Position numbers and translations under genes: made by a program | In this document: positions 14,266 through 29,890 of the stretch, piece by piece | Numbering within the stretch: position 1 is the stretch's first letter | Layout: each line of letters opens with the position of its first letter | Assembly: GCF_009914755.1 (NCBI RefSeq) | Contig: NC_060932.1 | Reading direction: 5' to 3' (one strand) | Origin: the human T2T-CHM13v2.0 reference genome, Homo sapiens | Length of the DNA: 64,000 nt | The notes under the pieces: model-generated | What the model saw: only the letters and a program-made list of their open reading frames with translations | The model's database searches: none | What the model was told of the DNA's origin: nothing

Positions 14266-15751
14266 TATATTTGTATTCTTAAAAAGGTCATCTAACTTTA
14301 TATATTCTAATGCAGATTAGCATATGGATTTTACCCCCTCTACTGTATTTGGGAGTTTACTATGATCTTAAATATATGTATATAAGAAAACTTTAAAAAT
14401 GCAATTCAAATCATGACATGGTAATACTTTTGAAAAGGGGACTGATTAAAAAAGATCCAAACCGGCAGCATAAAAAAAACTGGAAGAATATTAGGTTTCA
14501 GCTATTTATTCTCTCTCCATTACACATAATCAACGATAATCTGGTACTAAGGAATACACAAATGGCAATTAATTTTCCTCAGTTATCTTATATTTTGTTA
14601 ACATATATTTTGATGAACCATACATAATTAAATAAAACTGCTTAGAAATGAGATTTTTAAAACCACTTTGCATAGCAAGTTTGTAAAATATTTTAAACTT
14701 GAAAATAAGTTTAACTATTATCCACAAACATCAAGACAAACTGAAAATAATCAAAACACATGTAAGAACAATATCATTTTTATAATTTGTCATTGAAACC
14801 AAACTGTACAAAAGGAACAAAAAAAAAACCATTGAATCCAGCCACTCATTATGCAAAATGTTTCATTATGCAAAATGAAACATTTCCCTAGTACCTACTA
14901 CTCCTTGTATATAAGCTACTTTATAATCTGCAATACATAAGAGTAATGTTTTAGTACACTGAAAAGATTAGGATAATAAAATTTTCAGAACTGTCTTCTT
15001 CAAGACTAGTTCATGAATGTAAGAATCTGTTTCAAAAATAAGCTGTAACAAACACTTTAGAAACAACTACATATAATAACTAAAACAAGGCCATTAAAAA
15101 TTACAGAGAAACATTTATACCAGTCATATCACTGTATTTTATGATTCATCATATTATGAATAACAAACCTGGGTAACACAGTAATGAAAATAAAACTAAA
15201 GAAACATAAGCCAGGGAAATTTGAGTATTTTACAATAACAAAAAAAAAAAACAATTTGAGAATTTTTAAAAATTGAGATACTTATATAAGTGGTCTTCAA
15301 ACTTATCTGTGTTGTGATTATTTAAATTACATCAACATAGAAACACTTCAAATCACAACATATTTTCCTGTTTCCCAGGACTATACCCTCTTGCCAGCAA
15401 TAAGCTTGAGCTCCACAGACACTTGCACAGAGTTGCTTCACTGATTCAAGAGTCTTCCTTGAGTCTGTTCTGCTCAATTAATGACCCAAAATGGAATTAT
15501 CTGTGTCTTCATGTATTAATAGGTGAAATCTATTAATAACTAACATATAACAGAGCTTAAAATAGACCTTAAAAATTTGCTTTCACTAATACTTTTATAT
15601 TTTCTAAATTCAAATGTACTCAAAAAGCCCTTCTGTGTACATGAAGTTTCAAGATCAAAACAAATACTTAATAGCAATTAAATAAAATGAACAAAATTCT
15701 ATAGTTCTAATTGTATAAAAATACATTCATGACTGCATCTTAAGCACTTAC

Positions 15752-15766
15752 CATGCCACTATAATC
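15752..15766 (-). other. Candidate 15-nt poison microexon
   Basis: tttttgtgtctttattgtttctctctgtcttaag|GATTATAGTGGCATG|gtaagtgc: a long pyrimidine tract and a consensus donor. Confidence 0.45.
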
Positions 15767-17301
15767 CTTAAGACAGAGAGAAACAATAAAGACACAAAAA
15801 GATGCTAAAATTGAATCCAAATTTCTTATCAAATAATTTGGAGTAAAAACTTTTATTTCTGCCAAACGTGCTTTTCTTGGAACTAGGATATGAACCAACA
15901 CAGTAAGCCTTGAAAAACGAATCAAAATGTGCATTACGTGTTGTTTATAAAGACAAGCATAAATAAGATACAGGATGGTGCTCAGTAAATTAATGCAGAA
16001 AATTCAAGTGGCTTGCTTAAATTCATTGAACTACAGTAAAAAAAAACCTGAGCATTTCCCAACTGCCCCATGCCTGCCTGCAATTTTTAACAGTTACAAT
16101 CACACCTAGGTAGACACAAGACCTTGCCTTCACTGTTAAGTACTGAGGATTTTGCTCCATTACATCAGGTTTCTGTTCTTCAACCAATCAAATGCCACTT
16201 GCCAGACGATAAATACAAACTGGGATTGCAAAGGGGAATGAAACAAAAGTACAAGAGGAAGGGGAGGAAGGCCAAAGGCAGGAAGGGGAGGAAGGGCAAA
16301 GGCAGGAGGGGGAAAATAAACATTCCTCTGAAGATATTCACAAGGTTTTTTGGCTTCTTCTCTCTGGTGGTGTCCTTCAATCTAGATCTTTCTAGAGAAA
16401 AGCCCTCAGTTCTGATGTAGCCCCCTCCCTCAAGTTGTTGATGGTCATAGCCAAGGGCTGGATATAAATGAGGGCCAACTCCCAACAAGCCGAGTTGAAA
16501 TTCTCAGTGTTTTTGCCTAAAACTTTGTTCTTTAAAGTGACTGTTCTAAGCTTGTGTTTTCTATCCTTTTTAACACTTTTTCTCTTTGAAAATCAGATAC
16601 ACAGTGAAATGAGAGATGTAAAAGCTCTCCAAATTTTACACAATTTCAAAGAGCTCATGGATTTCAGCATAAGTGCTCTTGCTCTATAGCAATGCAGAAT
16701 TTTAGGATTACACACCAAATGGACTTTTCCTGCCAGCCCAAGAACCAAAGCCTGTGCAATGTTTCTTCTAAGAGGAGTTATATTGTGAGTTCAAAACAAT
16801 GGTTTTATAAACCAATTTCTTATTAACAATCCTATCACAAGATATATCAATGTATTTCTATGATCATTTCTTCTGGATATATTACAAAGTAGCTGAATAT
16901 GTTAAAGTCCTTTGTATACTGACTGGTACCACCTCTCATGTCCTGAAGAGGACAGAACTACTAAATTACTATCCAAAAGGTAAAAAACCAGTTCCAGACA
17001 AATATTGCAATCACAGCATTATTACACTGTATCTCCAGAAAAGATAGCTGAATGTTTAATGAATTCAACATTACTAATAAAGTTGTAGTAGCAAAAAATC
17101 ACATTATTTATAATTTACTATAGAATTACATATAGTAAAAGTTATACCACAGAATAATCTTAACTTTTTCTCATTTTATGGTGCACTGATTTTTGCTGCA
17201 TTCAATTGAGCCAGTCAGGATCAATAATAGTGTTCAAGAATAGACATGTTGCATGTATCTATTAAGTGATTTTAAACCAAAACTATAGATATGAATACTT
17301 A

Positions 17302-17451
<150 letters not shown>

Positions 17452-18980
17452 TTACAGAGCTCTTTTTTAAGTTCTGCTCATTTATACATCACAGGAGTAT
17501 TTAAAGATGGCTTGAAATATGCAAATACTTCCTAGCCTCAGACTTAAAAGTTGAATGGAAATCCACGTACATTGCTTTAATGTAAAAAAAGGGGAAAAAA
17601 AAAAGTTCGCCTGAGTTTTCTATCAAAAACTACTACCAGGGATAAGGTTGAAACCTACAGAGTTCTCCCAAGAGAGTAGCTTATCTGGCAGGACAAAACT
17701 GCCAAAAGAATAGTATTTCTAAGTGAAGTTTAAGTTACTTGCTATTATTTTATCATTTGCTAAAAAATTGGTAATTCAAAATACCTAAAACCATGGGCTA
17801 ACACAGATATCACATGAATGTCTCAGGGCATCGCTACCCCCAGCCAGTAGAGGCTAAATTCCCACCCCACTCCATGCCTTTTGGAGCTCCCAGTGCCTAG
17901 CAGAATGTGGCCATTGGGCAGCATGCTGGACTTGACTCTCATGCTCCAGCATCTTTTACACTTCTCACTTAGGCTTTCTCTTTACATATGCCCATGGACG
18001 GACTACCTCCCAGGAAAAGGGGAATGAATAGAGGAGAGTTTTCCCAGCCCCCAGAGATGTTATTGGGCTGGCTCTTTTCCCTCACCCTGAAAATACGAGG
18101 ACTCAGTGTCTCCTAAGGCTACTGTACATACATACTAACCTGCCCCATGACCCACATGAGAATATAACACACAAATTACAGTTAGTCCCTTTTCAACTTC
18201 TGAAATTCAGCCAACCAGGTTTTCCACTCAACATTTTTGTTTCACTTTGACATTGGTCCTGGAAGGTGTCTTATTTTCAGTATCTTTAGGAAATACTTAA
18301 CTGGATGTGCCCTCTACCAAATGTCTAAAACAACAGTGCATATTTGGATTGTTTCTACTGACCATTAGGTACTTTTAACCAAAAAATCACAATCATAAAT
18401 TGTCATGTTTGAATGTTGAAACAGTACATGTAAAATATGGTTTGCCATCTAGGAAATATCCAAACTATAAAAATTTAACCAAAATGTTCAGATATAATCT
18501 TAAACCCAAAATCCGATAAGGATAATGCCTTCCCCTATTATACTTTTATAAAAACATTGCTTTTACTTGAAAAATGTGTTCCAATAGGAAAAATAAATAA
18601 AAAGGTGCTTGATTCATCAAACCACAACAGAATTAACTTCCTTTGCAATGTTTTTACATTTTATAAATTGTCCTGGTTAAAGCAATGTCAAACTTTTTGC
18701 TTGTTTCCTTCCTTATGAACTCTTAGCCTTCAACTGAAAACTGGAACGTCTGCCCAAAATCATTTATGACTTCTTGTAATTCCTATTACTCCAGATAAAC
18801 TGAATAAAACTAAAATTTTTATATTCAAAATAATAAAGCAGCCAAAAAATTAAACTTAGAAAAGCACAGTGACTTTTCAATATATTAAATGTAAATATTC
18901 TGAGAATTTGAATTTCCATAGATGTCAACATATAAAATGTTTTAAAAAACCAAATAGTTTACCTCATTTAAAATAATTCA

Positions 18981-19295
<315 letters not shown>

Positions 19296-19421
19296 CTACA
19301 CTTACTTAACATTATGTACATAGTAAGAAAAATACTATCCTATGACATAAACCTAATTTCCCTTTCTTCCTTTTAGGGTGATCCATTGACTATAAAACAT
19401 GAGATGTTTACATTTTCATTA

Positions 19422-19770
<349 letters not shown>

Positions 19771-21988
19771 AAATCTGGTTACATGTTTATAAAAAAAGAA
19801 AAACCAGGGCTGCATAGATAGGAGTTCAATTGAAAAGGTTAATATTGCTGGCACTCTTATGTTTCCTATAAGACTCTTATGTTCCTGCCACTACAATCCG
19901 AGCTGGGCAACAGAGTGAGACTGTGTCTTTAAAGAGAAAAAAAAGAGAAGAGAGAGAGAGAAAAAAAATCTAGTTACATTTTTATGAAAAAAGAAAAACC
20001 AGGGCTGCATAGATACGAGATCAATTAAAAAGGTCAATACTGCTGGCACTCCATGTTTCCTATAAGACAGAACATATAAATATAATAACAAAGGTGTTAA
20101 GAATCTGTAATCAAGGCTTCTAATCCATAGTTCAAACTGCATTATTAACAGAAAGAATCTGAATTTCAAAGTTCTAGGCTCTCAGTTAAAGACGCCACTG
20201 GTCTCTTTTTCGTTTTATTTTTCCTGCTTTCTGCTTATTATCTAAAAGCAAAGTGTCAACTTTTGCAAATAAGCTTAAAGAAAATTTCTTAATTTTTTTA
20301 AACATAACTTGTTTTTCATACTACCTTGACACAAGATATTTAATAATGAAAGATAAAGACAATTCATTAATATGTAAAGAATTTGACAAACAATATAAAT
20401 ATACATGCAAAATATGCTATGCATTAATACTGAATTGTAAACACCATTTATGATTTTTTATAGATGAAACTGTTTAATTTTCAATGACATGGAGGCACAT
20501 CTTTAATGATCACTACTTAACAATATGAATGGTAACTAACATGTTCAAAGTAAATTAAAAAGAAAAATGCATTAATAAAAGGCAGAATTTAAATAGCAAT
20601 GTCACCAATATCTCATTTATTTAGAATGTGATATACACCTTGAATGCATTAAGTGTATAAAAATGTAATGCAATGCTGATTATTACAACTCACATTTGGT
20701 ATCTGTATTAAATAGAACAACAGGAAAATAAAACAGAAAACTGAAAAAGCATACATAGCTGCTTCTGAGAAAGGGGACTAAGAGATCTAGGGTGGTAAGG
20801 AAACATTTTTATCATTATATGCTCTTGTATAAAATTTGTTTTAACCATTTGCGTGTATAACTTTTTCAATTAAAAAACAATGGGCTACTGAAAGATTAAA
20901 AAAAACATAAATGTTCAAATAAATAAACAAGTAATATATAGCTAATAGGTACAAGTTGTCAATGGAAAAAAGTGAAATGGTATCCAAAAGATGATGATAT
21001 TAACAGGCCAACTGAGGCATGAATTTGACTCTGAATTCCAATGTTATTTTGTATTCGCCAATGTAAAGATGTTTCTATGAAACAAGGGCTTAATTTTTGT
21101 AACTTTTTTTTTAAAAAAAGAAAATATTGACCTTTAATAGCTAAATATTAAAGAGAACATAGAAACATACAGCAAAGTCAAAGTTTATTAAAACAAATAC
21201 AGTTACTAGAAATTCCTAGGTATCTTTACATAAAAAATAATTTTTAAGGTTGACAAACCCCCATTGATAACAATAACAAATATAGTAAAATCTAGGCTGC
21301 TTTCAAGTTTTCAAATCACATTCATTGCACTCTTAAGAGTGCTTTTCTAATAATTGGATCTAATCTAGTTCATTTATCATTTACCAATTAGTCAAGAACC
21401 CAAGCTTGCACATAAAAGTTAATAATTATTAGGTTTAGGCATCAAGTGTCTATGCAATACCAATATTTTTTATTTATGTCTATGTTCGCCCCTTGTAATG
21501 TCCAACATTTTGACAGTGTGGTGCTGATGAGTAGAAGACTGAGGCAGACCAAGGAAACCTGAGAGTTCCACACTGCATTTGAATGAAGTTCACTGTGCCT
21601 TTAGTATTTTGTGTAAAGCTAACTTACAGAACATAGCCACAGGCAAAAAGTACTTCACAATACATAAAGTTCTGAAGATGAAATAATTCAAGATCCATCA
21701 TTTCAGTTGAGGACTCTGAGGTCAAAATACTGGTGTGGTGAGAAAGATAGTAGATTAAAGGTCAGATGTCTTGGCTTCCAATCCCAATTCCTCCTAACTG
21801 TTGTATAATCTAAGACCAGTCACTGTAAGACCGGTTCCCACTGTATAATAGTAGTCCCTGGGAAAAAGCATTAAATTATGTAAAACTTTGCACACTATAA
21901 TGTAATCGACAAACTGTTGTTAAAAAATTATGATGTGCTCTCCCCCCATATACAGAAATAGTTACAGAAGCATAATTATAACCTACAT

Positions 21989-22180
21989 AAGGGGTTCTCA
22001 ACCCTGACTGCCTACTAGAATAACCTGGGAATTTTTAATTTTTAAAAGTAGATTAAATTTAATTTGATTTAAACTGTAAATGCCTGGGTCCTACCACAAA
22101 CAGATAAAATGGAATCTCTCAGGGCGTGACCCAGGGTCTGCAGATAATCCTAACATGCAACTGGGGCTGAGCAGTACTAG
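21989..22180. mobile_element. MER5-like hAT MITE
   Basis: ggggttctcaaccctgactgc...agaataacctggg...ataatcctaacatgcaactggggctgag. Confidence 0.6.
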
Positions 22181-23301
22181 CCACCCCTCCTAATTATGAT
22201 AAAGCCCCATCTGAATTATTTTTTAAAATCTGTTTTAGACTATCCAAATCTCTGTTCTCATTATAGTAAAGTAACATCAAGAGTTAACAGCTACCAATAA
22301 AAGTATTTTGGCTAAAACTAAATATTCACCACAAGGGGGAGTAGGTGGATCAGTCATTAGGTTTCTACGAAACTAATATAAAGTCAATGAGAATTAAAAT
22401 ATAAATATAAAAGGATCTTTCAATAAATTACAATGATATTTTATTACTAATTTTAGTTAGATAAAATAAGGTATCTTTATAAAGATTTATAAGCAACTTT
22501 GTAAGTATTCAGGGAGAGTAAAGGGTAAAAAGTCGACAGGAATAGGTTTCACTCTTTCTTTTCACAAATATCCTGTGGTATAATGCACAAAAATAAAACA
22601 GACCAAAGGTGAATAAAGGAAAAAGGAGGAAAGCAATCGGCGAAAGGCTAAGTAATTATTACCTAGACAACTAAGAGAAGCTGTTCTAATATATTCCGAA
22701 CACTTATTAAGATATATTTAATTTATTTCTCCCATTCAACTATATCACATGGGGAAAAACATCAAACACTGTCAAATTTGTCCTGAGTCTTGCCATGTTA
22801 GCTTGACCACTCTGAAGCTAATAAGATCAGACCTTGTTATTTGCTCTCCAGTTTTGGGGGAGGCATCATGAAACAAGTCCTGGAATTTGCCAGAAACAAG
22901 TTCTAGTCCCTCAGGCTCCTCTCAGTCAATGGCTATGTAAATGCTACTCTCTTTTATCATACATGAATCTCAGAAATATGTTTACATAAGATCTCAAAGT
23001 GTTGGTTTCACAGTTACAGAGAATGGAACCAAGGCCCTAAGTAAACCATATCTCTAAAATGTCGAAATATCAACAACAGATGTCACGATTAGTTCATTTA
23101 CATATTTCTACACAATGTACTAATATTCAAGACTAACAGGTCAAGAACAACCTATGACTATACCTCAATGTGCGCAATAGAATATTAAAATAGAGATTAA
23201 ATTTCTAACAAAGCAAATTCAATAAGCTGAGAATAAGATATATATAATACAGAATAGTTTCAAAAGCTAATTTAAACAGCTTCAGATTTTGACTCAAATT
23301 C

Positions 23302-23592
<291 letters not shown>

Positions 23593-25146
23593 CAAATTTT
23601 TCTTAATGCAATCATTTTCCCTGGAAGACATTTTCATCAGCTCTTTCATTCCACTGCACATCTATTTGTGAAGTACATGAAGACACCTGGGACCAGCATG
23701 GTGATAGATTCACATAAATACTCAATAAATATTTACTAGACTAAATGAAGAACAGCCAATAAGATTAACACCACACTTTTATTGCTAGTTCAGAAGCATC
23801 ATGCACAATTTCAAGGGTAGGAGATGTGTCTTGAACACTTCCATATCCTCAGCAGCTGGCACAGGGTCTAACATAATACTTCTTTAAAGAATGATAAAGT
23901 ACACAAATGTAGCTACAGTCTCAAATTTAAAAGGTTCACAACGAAGACTGAAACAAATGATATCCACAAAGCATAAAAATATTTTTCATGTCTTGATTTT
24001 TAAAATAGTGCCTGACCAAAAATTATGTTAAATCTATATTATCTGATGGTAGGGAATGATGCATACCACAGAAGTAAATGTTATTAAGTACATTCCATTC
24101 AAAATTAATTTCTTATTAATTTTAGCTGCTTGATAGAAATCTGTCAAAATTCAACAAACATTTTCCTTTTATTCCTAAATTTGCTTCTGACTCCAAGCCA
24201 ACTATCATCCCTATAAAGCGGTATGTATTTGCAAAAATCACAGTGTCCTCAGAGCTCTATAAAGTTATCGTCAAAGTGGGGAGGCAACGAGGTAAAATAT
24301 AGGAGAGGAAGAGAAGGAAAATATTTCAAAGTATGCCTTTTGATACTTTTGAATTTTCAGCCCTGTGATTATGTTACCTACTCCAGAAAATAAAATTAAA
24401 GAGGAGAGACTGGTACTCAAGTTTCTGCATTATGTAATTTAGAAGAAAAAAGTACTCTTCACTAAGAAAGGAAACAGAGGAGAAAGAAGAGAATTTGTTA
24501 AACTTTTTGTCACGTGTGGAAGAGGGCAGGAAAAGAATTGTTGGGGACAGGCCTCACTTCTGGAATCTTTTGTACACTGGAGAAGAAACAGGATGCAGGC
24601 ACCACATGTTTAAGAACCCAGATTGGAGTGCAGCTTGGAAGATCAAGAGTGTCCAGAGCTCAGCTGCCGGACCTTGGAGGCAGAAATCTATGAATCCTTT
24701 GCATGTGGATGTTACTTGAAGAAAGACGAAAGATTCACCCTTCACTACAGGATAAAGCCAAAGTTGTTCATTCCCAAAAAAGGACAAAGTATTTATAAAC
24801 GTAACACACAGAGATGTGAAATCCAAGGAAACAATTTTTGGCAAGGGTGTAGGAGGGTAGATGGACTGACCCTGCAAGAGCCAAACCCAGAGAGAATGTG
24901 AAGGCAGGTTCCAGACGAGACCAAGAACTCCAGCAGACCAAGCAGCCCTGCCAACTCCAGTCAACCTCTGGCTCTAACCTGACGCATTCAGTCCAATATC
25001 CAACTCAGCCTAGGGAAGACTTTGTCATAGAAAAACAAAGACAATTCTGTAGGTGCCAGCTCCTACACAGGGAGATAGAGATTCACAAATTTTACACTTA
25101 AGGAAACAAATTCAGAAAGGTTTAGTACTTTTCTCAAAGTAACACG

Positions 25147-25673
25147 CAGTCAATTGTCATTATTTACTGTATAATAGTTATGTTCTAAAAAACATACAGC
25201 AAACATTGAATTAGCAAAAGATGAACTATTGCTCCTTAGGAAGATATGTACATACATAAATATATTAAATAGATTATAATATTAAATCCTGAGAACTCAT
25301 CCTGGTAGAGACTATATTATTTATTTTACAAAAGAGAAAATAAACTTAAGTGTTAGTGACTTGCCTGAGCCACCCCACGAACTGTTGCCAGAATTGGGAT
25401 TCAAGCCATCAACAGGCCCCAGTGCAGACTGGGAGCTTGTGACATGCCTTTGGTCATCTTTGTATGACCACAGAGACAAGGCAGAGAGAACTTCACTTTA
25501 TCCCACCTTAGCTAGGAAGATGCAAAGCAGGAAACTCAAATTTTTTGTTCCTCTCTGCAAGCTTGTTAGTGATCATAAAAGCAGTGTGAGTTTTGATTTG
25601 GGCGGTTCAAATAAGTATTAGTAAGTACGTGAATTCTCAAGAGACAAAATTTGCAAATAGTAAGGATTGGCTG
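25147..25673. mobile_element. MER82-like TcMar-Tigger element
   Basis: Termini cagtcaattgtcattattt and gcaaatagtaaggattggctg(ta). Internal tagttatgttct...attgaattagc...attgctcc. Confidence 0.6.
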
Positions 25674-26237
25674 TATTTGCTACATAGACAATCTTGGTTG
25701 GGAAACAGTTAATCACAAAGATAAAACTCAAAATGCTCAGAGAACCACCTAAGCCACTTCACATCACTGGAGAAATTTCTTCCTAACTTCTAAGAATAGT
25801 GTGAAAAAATATAACCAGAAGAAATTACTATGAAAACTCTGTAAAACCTGTATTGACTTCTAATATTTATTATTTTATTTACTATTACCCTGTAATCAGC
25901 AGTAATATTATCCATAAACACAAAATCACCTGGATGTTGATTTTCAGAGTTAGCAGCAATAAAAGAGGTGGTTGTCAGTAACGACTTCTACTCCACAACC
26001 AGTGTAAGTGAGAGGGGGAAAAAAAAATCTAAGAAATAGAACAGTGGTGGCAACTCCATACAGAGCACAAGAGCAGAAAAAAGATGCCCAGAAGCCTAAC
26101 TAGGACTAAGAAATAATAGTTCAAATAGTTAAGAGTTTCATGAATTTCATAAAATGTGATTAGCCTAAAATAAAAGGTTGTTTTCAAAACAGATTTGCTC
26201 ACAGAGCCCCAAATAAATCACATATCAAGAATGGATG

Positions 26238-27195
<958 letters not shown>

Positions 27196-27299
27196 TTCCT
27201 TTTAAAAAAAAAGTGTAACAGTATAGAGAAAAAACTCAGGTTCTGTTTGATGCATAAAACAGAGTATATCTTATACAGAAACCTTGATACCTGCAGAAT

Positions 27300-27603
27300 G
27301 TGTTTTTTGTTTTGTTTTTGAGACAGAGTCTCGCCCTGTCGCCCAGGCTGGAGTGCAGTGGCATGGCTCACTGCAAGCTCCACCTCCCGGGTTCACACCA
27401 TTCTCCTGCCCTCAGCCTCCCGAGTAGCTGCAACTACAGGCGCCTGCCACCATGCCTGGCTAATTTTTTGATGTGTGTGTATTATTAGTAGAGATGGGGT
27501 TTCACCGTGTTAGCCAGGATGGTCTCAATCTCCTGACCTTGTGATCCACCCGCCTTGGCCTCCCAAAGTGCTCGGACTACAGACTGAGCCACCGCGCCTG
27601 GCC
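27300..27603 (-). mobile_element. AluY-like
   Basis: Diagnostic tgcaagctcc and gttagccaggatggtctc, with TSD cagaatgtgtttt. Confidence 0.9.
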
Positions 27604-27734
27604 CAGAATGTGTTTTATCTTACCAAGAAGAATGAGAGTTGAGGGACGGGGGAACTGACCACCCTGGATCTCCCTAATCTTTTGGCCTAAAGTAAGCTAA
27701 TAAAGAACATTCTTTAAGAGGCACTTAAAAGAGC

Positions 27735-28625
27735 ATGAAAAAACATTTGAAAATTATATTTGTGATAAAGACTTATATCCAAAATATATAAAGAATACTA
27801 ACAACTCAACAATCAACAACTCAATTAAAAAACAGGAAAAGATTTGACTAGTCATGTCACCAAAAAAATATACTAATGGCCCATAAGCACATGAATAGCT
27901 GTTCCATTATCATTAGTCATTAAGGAAGAGCAAATTAAAACCACAATGAAATACTACTTTATATCCACTAACACGGCTTTTTAAAAAATGAAGTAACAAG
28001 TATTAGTGAGGATGTGAATAAACTAGAACCTCATATAATGTTGGTGGGAATGGAAAATGGTGCAGCCACTCTGGAAAACACTTTGTTGGTCTCTTAAAAA
28101 CATAAATTTACCATACAGGTCAGCAATTCTACTCTTTAAGAATCTACCTAAGAGAAATGAAAATGTATATCCACACAAAGATTTGTACCTAAATGCTCAT
28201 AATGGCATTATGCATTTGGTCAAAAACTAGTAACTCAAATGTCCATTAACTGGTGAATGGATAAACAAAACGTAGTGTATATCTATACAATGAAACAGCA
28301 TTCAGCCATAAAAAGGAATAAAGTACTGAGACATGCTACAGCATGGATGAACCCTGAAAATGTAATGCTAAGTGAAAGAAGCTGGATTCAGAAGACCATA
28401 TATTGTTATGATTTCATTTATATGAAATGTCCAGAAAGGACAAATCTATACAGACAGAAAGTAGGTAACTGGTTGTCAGGGACTGGCTGAGTACTGGGAG
28501 GGGATGCAACTAGGCATGGGGAATAATCTTTTTAGCACATTGGCAGTATCCTCAAACTGGATTGAAAATCACTGAATTGTACTCTTAAATGAGTAAACTT
28601 GATGGTATGTGAATCATACCTCATT
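27735..28625 (+). mobile_element. Old L1 (L1M) ORF2 end and 3'UTR fragment
   Basis: caaattaaaaccacaatga...gcagccactctggaaaac...aatggataaacaaaa...gcatggatgaaccctgaaaa. Confidence 0.85.
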
Positions 28626-29482
28626 AGAGGCAGAGCGAGCAAGAGAGAACATGCATAAGCATGCAGGCAAAAGAGAGAAAGCACGAGCACTGAGGTCAAA
28701 GGCAATATAGGTTAGCTGAATAAGGACCATTTAACGTCCCATGACAAAGAGAGAGAGTGTAGAGGTCAAACATCATGGCAGCAGATAGCTTAACTAATGC
28801 TTCTAAACAATATGGCAACTGCAGTAAGTTTCCTGCTTATCAATTATTTCACCTTTAGGAATGAATGTTGTAGCAGCAAGGTAGTGGCATCCACAGTGCT
28901 GGATGGCACTAGCAGTCTCCCCAGAGTCACTCCTATTAACTAGGGAAATAGGCAAGAGACTAAGAGAAAGTCATTAGGTGGGATGAATCTGTGTATTATA
29001 TGTTTTATAAGATACCTAGAATTTTTATATTATGGTTTATACAAGAAAATGAAAATGAATCCCTAAGTAAAAAGGATCAGAATTCAGAATCCCTACCTGA
29101 ATCACAAAGAGTTTATCAGAATAACTTGCCTTCGTGGTTCTGATACTCCATTCAGTTATGGAAAGCAGAGGTAAAATACAGGACGTGGGAGGCTGCTTTA
29201 TTTGCATCCTGTTTTTCAAAGGAATTCCCTGAGAATGAAACGACAGTACTGAGAGGAGAATCAACTAAGTACTAGATCTTTACGAAAACCCTTAGTTCAG
29301 GGAAAATATTTAAGGAGAAGCAAACAGGACATGAATTATCTTCAATTTGAAATTGAAAAACATGTCTCAATGAGACATCTCAGGAGTTGATCTATTCTCC
29401 ACTTTCTTCGATAAAAGTAAATTTATGAATAATTCCCTAAAGTGTGCTTTAATCCTAAGAAATTTTCTGAAGAAAACTCAAT

Positions 29483-29665
29483 ACAAAAATTAACCATGCG
29501 TGTTGGTACTACCAGCTACTCAGGAGGCTGAGGCGGGAGAATCACTTGAGCCCAGTAGGTCGAAGCTGCAGTGAGCCAAGACCGTGTCACCACGCTCCAG
29601 CCTAGGCAAGAGAGTGAGACCCTACCTAAAAATAAATGAATAAATTAATAATAATAATAATAAAA
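29483..29665 (+). mobile_element. Alu right arm
   Basis: ccagctactcaggaggctgagg...gagtgagaccc followed by an (AAT)n tail. Confidence 0.88.
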
Positions 29666-29679
29666 GAAAAACCTAACTT

Positions 29680-29890
29680 ACTCTCACTGAATTCGTGTTT
29701 CTGGATTTGTGTTTCTGGAGTGAAGTGGAAATTCCCCAAGGAGTATCTTCTTTAACTGTGTTACCAAATCACAGATGCCCCACTCTCACTGAATTTGTTT
29801 CTGGATTTGTGTTTCTGGAGTCAAGTGGAAATTCCCCAAGGGGTATCTTCCTTAGCTGTGTTACCAAATCACAGACACCCCGCTCTCCCT
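29680..29890. repeat. ~101-bp tandem duplication (2 copies plus a stub)
   Basis: actctcactgaatt...gttaccaaatcacaga at 29680 and 29782. Confidence 0.95.

Noticed and set aside
16124-16488. K/R/G-rich and L/P/F-rich ORFs
   Set aside because: Their composition comes from the purine-rich tandem repeat.
29680-29890. Repeats as a CRISPR-like array (also 38533-38620 and 19683-20068)
   Set aside because: They are head-to-tail duplications with no unique spacers and no cas genes, in mammalian intronic DNA.
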